Source of the DNA: Octopus sinensis
Lineage: Eukaryota
NCBI RefSeq assembly: GCF_006345805.1
Contig: NC_042998.1
Coordinates: 71,052,001 to 71,116,000, forward strand
Length of the DNA stretch: 64,000 nucleotides
Direction of reading: 5' to 3'
The position numbers and the translations under genes were made by a program. Each line of letters starts with the position of its first letter. The first letter of the stretch is position 1. The notes below the pieces were generated by a model. It was not told where the DNA came from. It saw only the letters and a program-made list of their open reading frames with translations, and ran no database searches. Below are positions 13,628 through 27,306 of this stretch, one piece after another.

Positions 13628-13663
13628 CTTTCTGTGGAAGAGCGTAGGCTCGAAACGTAAAAG
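13628..13663 (+). ncRNA. Candidate minimal type I hammerhead ribozyme (A6U core plus extra A), probable Penelope terminal remnant
   Basis: CTTT-CTGTGGA-A-GAGC-GTAG-GCTC-GAA-ACGT-A-AAAG: 4-bp stem I, 4-bp stem II, palindromic stem III. Confidence 0.55.
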
Positions 13664-13750
13664 ACTTTTTCAATTCCCGAGAGTTATACTAACACAACTG
13701 TTTGTTTTCTACACCACCTGTCTTCGTCTTTTGTTTTTTTCTTCAATTCT

Positions 13751-13805
<55 letters not shown>

Positions 13806-13808
<3 letters not shown>

Positions 13809-13942
13809 TTTTACACTTTTACACTTTTACTTGTTTCAGTCATTTGACTGCGGCCATGCTGGAGCACCGCCTTTAGTCGAGCAAATCGACCCCGGGACTT
13901 ATTCTTTGTAAGCCCAGTACTTATTCTATCGGTCTCTTTTGC
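13806..13942 (-). mobile_element. 5'-truncated SINE, family A (3' tail)
   Basis: Reverse complement nearly identical to 1-116; tail of (AAAAGTGT) repeats followed by (TA)n. Confidence 0.88.
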
Positions 13943-14337
13943 AAGTGTATTCCTTTAGGAACGTATTAGAGTACAAAATAGAGTTCGTTCACGGTTAGAA
14001 TTACCAAAATAGCCGGTAGTATTCCAAATCTAGGCTTAGGCATTCATCGTGTGTGAAAACTAAAAATTGAATAGAGTCAACAGGAAGAGCCAGTTCGATG
14101 TGTTAGCATCAAAGTCAAAGATTTACTTACGGGGACAGCGATTATATATCGCCTGAGGCGATACAACTGAATCCCATTATATTGGTAAACCGTTGCTTAA
14201 TTCAAATCCTGCGTATATGTAGATCTATGTAGTATCGAAACAGGTGTAGTGTTTATTAAATAGCTGCCTAACGTACTCCTTCCTGTTGACTCTATTTATT
14301 CAATTTATATATATATTATCTATTCATATATGTGTGC

Positions 14338-14410
<73 letters not shown>

Positions 14411-14929
14411 TATATATGTATGTACATATATGTGTATGTGTGTGTGTGTGTACGTACATATATGTGTTTGTATTGAAACATATTTTGGGCATATAACATA
14501 TTTTCAGGATATAATTTCTTGGCAAGTGGTTTACAGCATGAAAGAAAAACGGTAATTCGAAATCACTTTCATAACTATTTTATGTCAAAACTCTCGTGCT
14601 ACCTGACCACTGGATACACGTTGATATATATATATATATATATAACCAAAAAGGAAAATATCAATCGTCACTAATTTTTACTGACGGTGCAGGCTAGTAC
14701 CTGCAAGAAATAAGAGTTAAAAACCCTTAGAGCCGCAAAGAAGCACATGTCTATTTAATGACAAGGGAGATAACCCCCCCCCCCACAGCGAGCGAGATCA
14801 CCATGCTAGTCTAGATTCGGTTAAAATTAAAGCTCATCAACAGTGACTACTCCCTGGCTGGATGGTTTGGCTAAATCTCGACTGTCATTATATAGTATTT
14901 ACCATATAAGTGCATGTCAGTATGCTTGT

Positions 14930-15062
<133 letters not shown>

Positions 15063-16469
15063 GTTCAGGAATTGTTTTCCGGTGGTTTCTGTCATATAAG
15101 TTGACTATGATTTCCTGACTGAACTCATAGATGTTGGGATTCAATAGTTTTATCATAAAGTTTGTAGTTCTGCTCCCTCACAAACTGCAAACTTTCTAAT
15201 TTATGTTACATTTATTCTTCTTCCTAACAACCAATTAGTAAATATCAACAAATATGAAAGTATTTCCTGCAGCATTGTATATTTTTCTGAAAGTGTAATT
15301 AAAGGAGAGCGCGAGGTCTAGTGGGTGTAATTTTCAATTTATCGGAAAGCTATATTCATTAGGATTCATCACACTATATATTTTAACACTATAGTAATTG
15401 GCTGCCTCGTGGAATATGTAAATATGAACTTTCGTCATTTCGAGGTTATAAGTACTTTAAGAAATAAATGGTATATAAGTTAATAGTTTTAATCAACATT
15501 TCTGTATATATGTTTCTCTAAATTAACTCTGATGGAATCTGTAATGAGGAGCATTGATGAAAGCTGCACACTTTATTTAATTCGTGTCTAATGGGGTATA
15601 ACCTCTTTTTGCTCCGCGCATGATTTGAAGGAGGCTTGTGCTACCATTTCTAGTATGTCGATTGACCCCGATGAGGTCCATTATTTGGCCCGTTATATTT
15701 ACCTCTGTTGTTCTAATTAGTGTCGCTCTGTCGCTGAAGGTCAACAATGCAAGAGCAGTCCTGTGATTACTCATTCAAATTGACCATCCTCTCTTATTTT
15801 CCAGTATAATACATATTTAATTATATCATCATACACCGTACTCTTCTTTTTGTAGAACGCTGGTATGCGAATTTATGAATATTTAACTGATTTTTCTGGT
15901 TATTGGAACGTATATGTGGAGGTTCCCTAATTAATTCAGAATTATCCAGTTATTTTAATGTTTTGGTTTCTCTTTAAAACATGTTTATTATTCTCCTTTA
16001 TGTGGTAGATTAATAAATATATGGCATATATTGTGTGGCTGTATCATTTTGGCGCATATCTGTTGGGTAATTATGAGCAATGTCTACGGTTTGAGTATTC
16101 CATACTAATTTCTAGATTCTGGCGTCAAATATTCTAATAAATGGATTCTGCTTCTCTCTTCATTAATAAATGGTAAAAATAAATGAATCATCTGACAGAT
16201 TGTTTACAAAGAATTACAAGAGAAGTCACTGTTAGTAATGATGTAAACTAAAAGTGAATGTTTAATAACAATATATCGACCATATATATATATATATATA
16301 TATACTTCTTTCTTGAGGAATAGCGTAGTGTATTAGTGAACAGTCAACAGTGTTGGAGAGTATAAAGATTAAATCTATATATGAGAAAAAGAGTACTGGA
16401 CGTCATCTGAATATTGGTTTAGATTTAGATTACCATGATGAGTCAACCGGGATAACAAAATGCCGTTAT

Positions 16470-17400
16470 TATGGCTGCTGCTTAGTGCTTTGTGAATACT
16501 TTAAAGGCTGTAAGACGTGACAAAGATTGTAGGAACGGGAGTTGTGGTCAGTATGAAGAGACACGATAAGCTGGAATTCAGCAAACAACTGGAGGACAAA
16601 GTGGTGTAAGATCCGAGCAAGGTAAATCAGCGAGAGATGTAGATCTTGGAATAATCCCTTTGAAGCTGCCTCGAAACGAAGACCATCGCTACCACTCATA
16701 CACGAGGCGCAAAGGATAACTTTTGACAGCAACGGCTAAGGTATCCCGCTTGATGAAAGCAATGAGGCATCCTATTGAGCAGAGAATGATCTGGTTCTAC
16801 TGGGATGAAAAAAGAAAAACTTCTGCTATGACCATTTGCAGAACAGCCAAAAGAACAGATGGCTTGCCTATAATCCATGTCATGTCCCGCGTAGCATGAA
16901 AATCAATTTTCTCCAAACTGTAATGGTCTTTGTTTGTCTGCAGTGAAGGTAACGTCATACTGCTGCCAAATATTTGAACGCGGGTTTAGGCTCAAAACAG
17001 ACGGTTGTGAGAAGCTGCTGGAGACTATAGTCAAATATTTGGTAGAGAGTGTTTCAGCTGGAAGGCCATATGTGTGGCAGCAAGATTCAGCTCCTTTCCA
17101 TATTTCCAGAAAGAAGTGATTGTCGGAAGAGTTCTACGACTTCACCAAACCAACTTTTTGGCTTCTTCATTCTCTCAATTGTAACACCATAGGTTACTAT
17201 GTTTGTTGTGCGGGTGAGAAAGACACCAATGCTCTGTCTGCCTCACTAATGCGGAACTGGTGGCCATGATCAATGAAGGATTCAAAGATCTTCCCTGGTA
17301 CACAGTGAGGAACGCACGCGCCAGGCTTCGGAGCCAATTTGAGATCGTGGTGGAAACCGAGGGCTGATATTTTAAAATATGTTTTTATTTTTGAATGGGA
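16470..17400 (+). mobile_element. Decayed DD37D-type transposon, family 2
   Basis: Fragments WFYWDEK (first Asp) and AGRPYVWQQDSAPFHIS; homologous to 55200-55920. Confidence 0.75.
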
Positions 17401-19166
17401 TATTGTATTTTTACTTCCAATTATGCAAACTGTCAAATTTTTATCTTGGAAGGGTTAATATGCCAATAAGAAAGATACATTCTTTCATTAGTCCACTAGC
17501 AAATCGTTTAACCAATTATCTAATCGATTAATTAATCAATTATTCGTAACGCAATCGATCAGCTAGGGTTCGTCATACTCCTTTTGTCACCCTCCATAAC
17601 CTCAAACAAGGAAATACTCTCGCTATTTCCTGGACATAATATGCGAGTATCATGTGTGTGTCGGTGTGTGCGTGTGTATGAGAGAGGGAGAGAGACGAGG
17701 AGGAGGAGAAGAGAGGGAGAGAAAAGAGAGAGAGAGTATTTGTGTTCGCTGGCAGCAAGTCTGTGTATCCATTGGTGGATTATTTAAGTATATGTGAAAG
17801 ACCTTGTATGTGTATGTGTATATGCATTTTTGCATTCGTATGACGTGGATTATATGAAAAATGAGTGGATAAACGTTTATGTTTTGCTGGTGTTGTTATT
17901 CATTTAGTCTATAAGTGAAATGTATGTTCCCCACTATAGGTTCTTAAATATTACATTCGACCTAAAACCTGTAAATACTTCATTTTTGCTTTGACCTTGA
18001 CAGACAGGATGGTGGAAAAGATGTTGGACTGCATCTCTTTTATATAACATTTTATGAATTGACATGTTATTAACGTCTTTGATTCCGAAACTAATAACAT
18101 TCAGTATATTTTATGCACCACAAAGTAAACAATATTTTCCTTATACATTTTTGGCTGAGCCAGTAAACTCTATTTAAAAATACACTGAAAATTATTGCAC
18201 TGAGGACTTCTTGAAACAGTGTAGAATGAAGATAATAAAATACAGATAAAACAAGAACCCAAAAGACAAAAATCCAATAATTGAAAGAAATATCACAAAG
18301 TTAAGGAAATAGAATAAAATACACTTTTTAGAAAGATTTTCATATTTTTGCACTGAAATGTTTTTAACTATCTCACCAAATTAACGAACTTATAACTAAC
18401 TGATAACGGCTCTATGTAAACACAAGGTATTGTTTTATTGTTTTCCAGCTGAATACTTTAAAGCAATTCGTTGAATAATAATCTCTGTATTTTTACATTT
18501 TAGATATTGTTTGGTTTCAATGAATAATGACGTAGTCGTAGTTATATTAGCTAACTAAACAGCTTTTGTCCTCAACATTGTTGTTACTAACAATCTTTGT
18601 TTTCCCGCTTTTGTTCCGCTGATGTGGCAGCTGCTGTGATTGTTACTATGCAATAAAATGTACGAATGGAAGGAAACAGTGTAGAAACAGTGTTGTTCAA
18701 CATAATATCTGGTTTATACTTATGATCGAATCACTAAAACATTCTCCTCTCCCTCAAGTATTGCTACCATTCTATAGTTAGATTCCGATTTAATACAAGA
18801 CTACCTACATATTTGCAAGATATTTTACAAAGTAATATTCCCGTATGAAAGTGTCTTTTCTGGTAGCTAATCATTTATTTCTTTACATATTTAATATGCT
18901 TATAATGATAGTGAAGCCAATGAATATATGATCTTGTGAACTATTAATTAAATTTCAGAGTAACAGTCCTATCAAGGCCTGACAGCCAGTAAAACATTCA
19001 GTAAAACATAAGATAACTTGTAGCACCCGTGGTACGTAATTATAGCACGCATATTAAACAATCTGACTGTGCGTTTGTTAGCAAAACAAATTGTCATTAC
19101 CAACACTCACTCACTCACTTACTCACTGTGTCTTTCTGTCTGTCTGTCTTTCTCTCTTCCCCACTC

Positions 19167-19256
<90 letters not shown>

Positions 19257-19259
19257 CAT

Positions 19260-19354
<95 letters not shown>
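19167..19354. repeat. (TCTA)n microsatellite without an inserted element
   Basis: Direct reading, ~47 units. Confidence 0.97.
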
Positions 19355-19870
19355 ACTAGCTAGCTAGCTAGCTATCTGTCGACTGATCATTAGTTCCTTC
19401 ATCATGCATATAGAAACTTGTAAACAAGGCTTTAGGTGTTTCTCTTTTGTTAGGTAGACACAAGGTGTGACAGTATTTTCTTCCTTTTTGTATTATTCGA
19501 TTATTAATTGCTTTCACAAAAGAATGTAGGTAGGTAGTAAGTTTAAGCAGATCTGATCTTTAGTTGTTATTCTTGTTATTTAGGGTACTTCCTGTTTCAA
19601 TTTATAAGGTGGGGATTATTAGGCAGGCATACCATGGCTTTGTTTGAACAGAAAATGTTTTACTCCTATACTTTGATGTTCGTAGAATTATTTGAGCAAA
19701 GGTTGAGATTTTATGTTTCTTTCAAGGCATTCATTGTTCTATAAGCAATGTGAGAGCAGTACACAAAGATCTTAAACTTCCTGTTTTGTGGCGGTAGAAT
19801 TTGTTTGGTGTTTGTTTATAAAATTTCTTCAAATTCTGTTCTGGATATAAGCTAATATGAAGCTGAAATA

Positions 19871-20032
19871 GAAGGTGCATAGCTGGAAACATTGGAGAGT
19901 GGTTACATGACATCCTGAAATGCAGAAGTCAGGCAGTAGTGGCTAATGGAGCCACATCTATGAACACACAAATATTGAGCGGTGTTCCACAGGGCACTGT
20001 CTTGGGACTACTGCTTTTTATAGTGGCCCTCT
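19871..20032 (+). mobile_element. CR1/L2-type reverse transcriptase fragment
   Basis: GNIGEWLHDILKCRSQAVVANGATSMNTQILSGVPQGTVLGLLLFIVAL; the GVPQG-LG-LLF motif is typical of these RTs. Confidence 0.85.
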
Positions 20033-20157
20033 ATGAGGATACTTTTAGGTAATGTTTAGAGTATTTCTTTACAGTAAAAGTGTCAAGCTGTAAGAATGCT
20101 ATTTTATTTTATATTATAGGGTTGGGGTTATGCTGTAGGTGGATATACATAGATACA

Positions 20158-20193
<36 letters not shown>

Positions 20194-20504
20194 TGTTTGC
20201 GTGTGTATGTGTGTCTATATATATTGAATAAGTCAATAGTCATTGAAAAGGCTACTGTAGCAACCAGAGATATTTGACAAGCAAAAGCAATACAAATTAC
20301 CTAGTTAGATATTCAACCTACTGGCTAATAACAGAGAAGTGTAGTGGAATTGGAACAGTATTTGTGTTAATTATATTGGCATAATGACTCTCCCTAGACA
20401 CAAAAGAATTTGTTTCAACATACGATTTCTCATAAAGAATCTTGCAAACCAGATACAAAATCAAAATACACCCAGAACACAAAACACACCCACACACCCA
20501 CCCT

Positions 20505-21267
20505 ACAGAATCGGGAACCGTCTGGAAGAAAAATAGCAGTATGACGCAATTCACCGTGCTAGATATTTGGAAACGACATGCTGTACGAACACTTCCGAAT
20601 GTTTGGGTGTCAATCTGAGGACAGTACAGTCTGAGAACATGCATCCAGAGGGATGAAAATCAAACATCCAGTCAACATCATGGTGTTAGGAGTGATCACT
20701 CGTGATAGCAACGTTATGCCTCCCTTCATCTCCCCACACGGTCGCACACTCAACACAGGCCTAAATCAAGTGCCTGGAGGAGGTAGTGATACCATGGGTC
20801 AAGAGGGTGGCTGCTGGAAGACCCTATGTCTGGCAACAAAACTCTGCACCATGCCACACAAGCAGAAGAACCTAGTCGTGGCTGTCAGGCAATTTCTGCA
20901 ACAATATCACCTCTAAAATATGGTCACCTAACTCCTCAGACTGCAACCCCCTTGATTGTTATGTGTGGGACGCAGTTGAACGAGAGATCAACAAAACTCC
21001 TTGTAACACCAAACACGAACTGCATGTAAGGATTATGGCAGTATTCACCAACTTAAACAAGAAGACCGTTCAAAAGTGATGCAAGAGATTCCAAAGTCGT
21101 TTGGAGGCCGTGGTTGAAGCCAATGGTGATTTTATTGAATGAATTTACTTTTTAGTATTTCAAGATATTTTTATGTTATTTTAGTAAAATATATCAGGTA
21201 AAATGAGATGTCAGTGTTATTTCCATTTTTGCGTAATTTAGATGACAGTTATACACTACACCCTGTA
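20505..21267 (+). mobile_element. Decayed, internally deleted DD37D transposon, family 1 (second copy)
   Basis: KHPVNIMVLGVITRD...WQQNSAPCH...SSDCNPLDCYVW with 37-residue spacing; ends in CACCCTGTA, a Tc1/maT-like terminus. Confidence 0.85.
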
Positions 21268-21507
21268 GGTATATATATGTACACGCTGATTTCAAACGGC
21301 GAGAATGATTGCTCAACATCGCATTGGTTGAAAAATATACTTTACTTGTGAGTTAAGAAGAATTCCCACTTATTTCATGTAAAGAGAGATCTGTTTACAA
21401 TTTCCAAGTGTACTACATTGGAACGTTAATGCTCGTCTTCGTTTTGGATGAGAATACTTGACGTTACACGAGACTGTATGTGATTTTGAAATCAGTTACT
21501 ATTATTA

Positions 21508-21700
21508 AAGGCGGTTAGCTGACGGAATCGTTAGCTCGTTGGGAAAAAAAATGCTTAGCAGCATTTATTTCCGGATCTGTATGTTCTGAGTTCAATTCCG
21601 ACGTGGCCAACTTTGCCTTTTATCCTTTCATAGTCGCCAAATTAATGTAACACTTAAATGGTACTCCCATTTCCTTGAAAATTGCTGTTCTTGTCTCACA
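21508..21700 (+). mobile_element. Decayed SINE, family B
   Basis: AAGGCGGTTAGCTGACGGAATCGTTAGC...GAGTTCAATTCC...CTTTGCCTTTTATCCTTTC; homologous to the other family B copies. Confidence 0.75.
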
Positions 21701-21749
21701 ATTAGAATGATGATGATGAATATTATTGTTGCTGTTTAATTTATTTTTG

Positions 21750-23070
21750 ATTTCTTAAATTATATCCTGTTGGAACGGGCTTAAACATTGGGTGGGAAAT
21801 TATACAGGAATGCGTTGTGCGTGGCTGTTCCGAATTGCACGATATTCTATGTTGACTAGACATCAATACTGTCCGTCGTAAGTTTGTTGGTGTTTGTCCA
21901 GCATTTTCTTGAGCATTAGAGCTCCGATGACCACTGGTTTCATTTCGGTCTACACAATCCCTATACACATGGCTTCTTCCTTTGTAATTAGTCGGATTTC
22001 GTGTCCATTTCACGGAGGCGTTCCTTTTGAAATTTTACAGAGGTGTTTCAGTCGATAAGTATTTACTTTCCATTCTTCTATTCATGAATACAATGTTATC
22101 CTTTATCTCTTTATCAGTCTTGATTGGTGTTTCCCACAAGACAGTAACTTCGTGGCTATCAGTAGCTATAATTAGGTACTGCTCGTTACACTACATAATC
22201 ATCTTGATTTTGTAATTTCGGCATACTTTTCAGCACAGGCACACCAAAGCTTTTTTAATGTCTAGAGATGTTGTCCGTCTTCATCAGGTACAGGTATCCG
22301 GAGATAATAGTTTCAATCGTTTCTTTTTACTTTCCAAAGTTAGTGCTTCGTGGATCTCCTCTACTATTGATTATATGATGATGATAGTATCTCGTTGCGG
22401 GATTCTGCTTTAAATATTAAGTTCTTCTCTTCTTTTGTTCTGCCAATCTGAAGCCATCGATCTGCTATCAGTTGTTCAGCGTTTGCATTCTGTATATTTT
22501 GTTTTTGTTATTTCGTACTTCTCGTAAATATTTCCCCAAATTTTCTACTCCAGTTGTTTGGCGTAAATGTTATTTGCCTCATTTTCTCATGGTAAAATTT
22601 ATGGGATATCAAACTGTTTCTTGAAATAACCTGCCCATTTCGTCATGGAGTATATAGTATTTTGCAGTTAAGAGGATGTGTACAATATCAGGGTTTTTTT
22701 TTTTCATATATGCATCCAGTCCATTAGTGGTGATGCTGAAAATCAGTTTCAGCTGAACCACTTACCGTCTTCCTAAATTTTTTGATAGGTACAGCTTCTC
22801 GACATTTGCTTTCAAGATGTGTAACATCAGTGAGGTGCTGTTTAGTTTCTCGATGTCCTCCATTTTCATTTTCCTGATACTGACGCTGTACTTTCCAACT
22901 CATATTTCTCGGATGTACTCGCTTTAGATCTATTACCCACATTCAGTTCGTTTTTGTAATACCACTGTCTCTTTTGTGTAGTAGTATTTTGGTTTATCAA
23001 CGTTCGTAGTTGAGTGTTATATGCCATCATCTTCCTTCGATGCTAAGTACTTTATATGTGTTTTCTTAAT
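21750..23070 (-). mobile_element. Heavily decayed R4/Dong-type RLE LINE, 3' portion
   Basis: Minus-strand fragments KANVEKLYLSKNLGRR (thumb), VTVLWETPIKTDKEIK and MKPVVIGAL (RLE C-terminus). Confidence 0.65.
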
Positions 23071-24607
23071 CTTGATACTTTAGCACGGTGTCACGATTAA
23101 GGTGTAGGTTCCCAATAACGCGAATGTGTCGATTCAAAATACCATTTTAGAACAGTCTGTGAAAATCGTGTCAGTGGTGATTAGACCATTTTGCTTGTCA
23201 TAACAAATATTTCTAGGCCGTCAGTGTAGAGAATATGAAGATTATATGCACGTGATTTTTGTTTACTAGTCTGTCGCATAGAAATTTAAAATTAATTTTT
23301 GTTTATATATTCCATTCGGTACATTAAAGTTTAACTTCTTTATTAAAATTCCTGTTAACAGGGTAGTTCAGTTACATTTCTTAGTTTTTTATATTTGTTA
23401 ATTATTATAAGGTAAGCTGATTTTGTATTGTTGGGATCTGTTTCTGAATTTGAATTTATTTGAGGGAAAAGAGATGACCTCCCCATTTCCTAAGATGATC
23501 AGCAGCCACGTTAAATATACTTGCTATTTACACATGTTGAGGCCCTTTAGACAGCTGCCATTTTCTCAGGGTGACAGTTAAGATAATACTGATTGTCATA
23601 ACTGTTTTAGACAATAAATTATGTAAGTGTCTTGTTGGAATTATTAACTAAAATACATAAGTTAGACACAACATCAAATAAGTACAAAGTTTACAACTAT
23701 TAGAGTTAACAGTTCAGACTTGTATCTAATAGGAAAAGAAGAAAACTTCAACAACATCAATTATTAATGTCGTACTATTTTTACACGATAATGTTTGTTA
23801 TGCTCTTGTTATAAAGAAGACGTTTTTGGTAGATAATTAGGCACGAGACACCTGTTGACTTATTAGGAACGTTTTAAATGGCAACAGTTTTGCAGAATTG
23901 CTAATGATGAAGGTATTAACTACTAAATGTTTCATGTTCTGTTAATGAACAGAAGGAAAAAATAATTTTACTCTTTCTAGCTTTATTTTCCAAACTTATT
24001 ATTAAAATCACAAAAATATATAAAATGTATAAAATGTATATTCAGTATTCTTTATAATATCTTTCGTGATGCGTTAGCAGTTATCTAAATTTCCAGCTGT
24101 GTGTACACTTAATTGGTTTTCATTATTTTTTGTCAGCACAAACGTCGGAAATTCGAATTCAATTGGGTTTTACTATTTTATTCCCTTTCAACACAAACAA
24201 TATTTAAAAACTTAAAACTTTTATATATTATTAATTTCTACTTTAATCGTCATTAAAATGAATTATAAATAAACAAACAATTTACACTTTTCACGAAAGA
24301 GATTACGAAAAAGAAACCTATACTTAATTATCGTAAATGTGACAGGCAATTTGAAAGAAGCATTTCCTTCCCGCTTTGAGACTCAACTAAAACAGCTTTG
24401 CGGTCGAAACTTTATAGAATGAATCAAAGAATGAATCAAAGGAAAAGCCAGTAAGATACGAATTTGAAGAAATTGCTAATCCTGTCTGAACAAAACTAAC
24501 TTAACCTCAGGTTACATCAACATTTTCAACAAGAGTCTCCAACGAACTCGAGCCGAGTTCTATTATAACAAAACATTTCGTTTTATTTTTCTTATGTATA
24601 TCTCAAT

Positions 24608-24993
24608 GATGGAAGCACTCCGTCGGTCACGACGATGAGGGTTCCGGTTGATCCGAATCAACGGAACAGCCTGCTCGTGAAATTAACGTGTAAGTGGCTG
24701 AGCACCCCACAAACACGTGCACCCATAACATAGTTCTCGGGGATATTCAGCGTGACACAGAGAGTGACAAGGCCGGCCCCTTGAAATACATGTACAACAG
24801 AAACAGGAAGTAAGAGTGAGAGAAAGTTGTGGTGAAAGAGTACTGCAGGGATCACCACCATCCCCTGCCGGAGACTCGTGGAGCTTTTATGTGTTTTCGC
24901 TCAATAAACACTCACAACGCCGGTCTGGGAATCGAAACCGCGATCCTATGACCGCGAGTCCGCTGCCCTAACCACTGGGTCATTGCGCCTCCA
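24608..24993 (-). mobile_element. Full-length tRNA-derived SINE, family C1, with 10-bp TSD
   Basis: Head GGAGGCGCAATGACCCAGTGGTTAGGGCAGCG...GGTTTCGATTCCC (A and B boxes); TSD ATATCTCAAT at 24598-24607 and 24994-25003. Confidence 0.92.
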
Positions 24994-25029
24994 ATATCTC
25001 AATAAACAACCTGCATAATAATGGTTTCC

Positions 25030-25240
25030 TATTTTGGCAAAAGGCCAGCAATTTGGGGGGAGGCGTAAGTCGATTACATCGGCTCCCCACCATTCTCATC
25101 CAATACCTTATCTATCGAACCCGAAAGGAAGAAAGGCAAAGTCAACCGCGGCGCAAATCGAAATTAGGATGTAACGATGGACAAATGCTGATAAACATTT
25201 TGTCTGGCTTTTTGACGATTCTGCCAGCTAGCAGAATAGA
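25030..25240 (-). mobile_element. Decayed SINE, family B
   Basis: ACGATTCTGCCAGCT and GAAAGGAAGAAAGGCAAAGTCAAC are homologous to family B copies. Confidence 0.7.
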
Positions 25241-25649
25241 GGAAGCGTGATGCTTTTGCTCTGTTAGCTAAACTGGTTAGACTTGTAGAAATAAATAGTG
25301 TGCCACGGAAAAGCTTTTTAACTCTGAAAATACATAATTCCATAGAGTCTTTATTGAAGATCAATGAAGTTCCAGTATTGATAGCGTATGATGTATATTT
25401 GCTTAGGGAAATGAGGGGGAATAGACCGATCTAATTTGATATGGTTAGTTTTGGCGACAATAACTTAACAAAAGATAACTTTGTGAACAGATATTTTACA
25501 ATGATGATAAACAAATTCCAATTTCAGGCAGCAGAAGATCTATTTCGCTTAATTCATGTAAAGGACCTGAAGTCTGTTGATATCGTATCGTTCCTAGGAA
25601 ATCACTGCACTTTTTATCCGCCACGCCAATTGTTCGTTGCCAATGAAAA

Positions 25650-25865
25650 AGCAGCGGGCTGGCTGACTCGTTAGCACATTAGAACAAAATATTTAGCGCC
25701 ATTTTTTCCGGCTTTACGTTCTAAGTTCAAATAGCACTGAGTTAAATTTTACATTTCGTCCTTTGTAGGTCTATAAAATAAAGCATCAGTTGTAAACTTG
25801 AGTCGATGTAATCGACTTGCCCCTCCGCTCAAAACCGCTGGCTTTGCACCAGCATCTGACAGAAT
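25650..25865 (+). mobile_element. Decayed SINE, family B
   Basis: GCTGGCTGACTCGTTAGCAC...ACGTTCTAAGTTCAAAT...GTCGATGTAATCGACTT. Confidence 0.7.
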
Positions 25866-27111
25866 CTCTATTACTATAAGTCTGGTGATATATATCTTAA
25901 AGAAATACCGAATCGTTATGGACTTTAAATAAAAAATACCAAAATATACATTCAAATGCAAACACATAAAAATAAACTTCGTGAATACTGGAGAAAACTT
26001 TTTTAAAAGTTGTGAAAAACACTTCGGGAATCTATGCAGATGTTGTAATAAAAGAAATTCGCCCTTTTTAGGTGTGTGTTACAAGAAGATAAATAAAATG
26101 TTTTAACACGTTCAATAAAGTGATATAACTTCGTAAATAATCTGAAATCTCATGAATTTTGTTAGATGCAAGTATATATATCCCCGCTGGATAGGAATAA
26201 ACAACCGTTTTGTAAAGTGTGGATATTAGATTTAAGTACTATTGTGTACATCGTAATGGGAATGTACTTAACTTTCAAGTAGGCTGTAATGTAATCAATA
26301 TTTCCAGATGTGTTAGAATTTACACATTATATTCCAATGCCTGGTCGTATTTTACGAAAGGTTGTCACATTTAAATCCTATGAAGAGAGATGTGAGAAAA
26401 AGATTAAAAGCACTTCTTTTATGTCGATTGCACTAAACTATTGACGCTTGTGTTGATTAGTTTAATAATCTATCTCTAATCTCACATCACTTTCAGACGA
26501 TTAACCTGGCTGTTAGACATTTTATCTCTCTTAACGGAGTCATGAAAATAACTGTAAAATATGCTTCAATGTTTAAAATATATTTATGTAAATCGATTAT
26601 TTAAACATGAGTGATATATAGTTTGAAAAACAAGACAAAATGAGATGTATACATACACACACATATATGTGTGTATGTGTGTGAATATGTGTGTTTGAGC
26701 GTGTGTGTGTGTATATAAATCCTGGAGTTACCTTTTAAGAGGAACATGCTAAATTCATTGAGCTTAAAGTAAGCGAAACATTTAAACTCAGAGTGAACAT
26801 GTATTTTTTAAAACATTGACTCCAACAATAAGTGATTTGTTTCGTTCGAGAATTACACAGAAATTGCAGTAATTTATATACTCATTGGTAGATCAAAATA
26901 TAATAATGTTAATAGCAATGAAGATGATGATGGAATAAGAAAAGTTCAAAAGATAAAGAGATAAGAGTAGATAGATAGCTAGAACAGTGTATGATGAAAC
27001 ACAGATAGGCAGAAACATGTAAAAGAATCTTTTTTTAAACTTATCTAAATATTTTTTATACTTACGCGTTTAACTATCATAATTATTATAATAGTTGGTA
27101 AACCGTGTGTG

Positions 27112-27306
27112 TTTGTTATTTCTCGAGCCATCCCTGGCTCATAAGGGCTGGTTTTCCAGTTTCATTGGCGTTTCATTGGCGTTTAGGGACGCCGATCTGT
27201 CGCAGGTGTGCTGCTAGATGCAGGCGGAAAGAGTGAGAGAAAGTTGTCGTGAAAGAATCAGCTGAAGTTCACTATTACCTTCTGCCGGATCCACGTGGAG
27301 CTTTCG
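27112..27306 (-). mobile_element. 5'-truncated SINE, family C2
   Basis: TTCTCGAGCCATCCCTGGCTCATAAGGGC is the reverse complement of the tail of 51348-51649. Confidence 0.8.

Noticed and set aside
26754-26785. GCTTA-AAG-TAAGC-GAAACATTTA hairpin
   Set aside because: The upstream core (TCATTGA) is too far from CUGANGA or UUGANAA.
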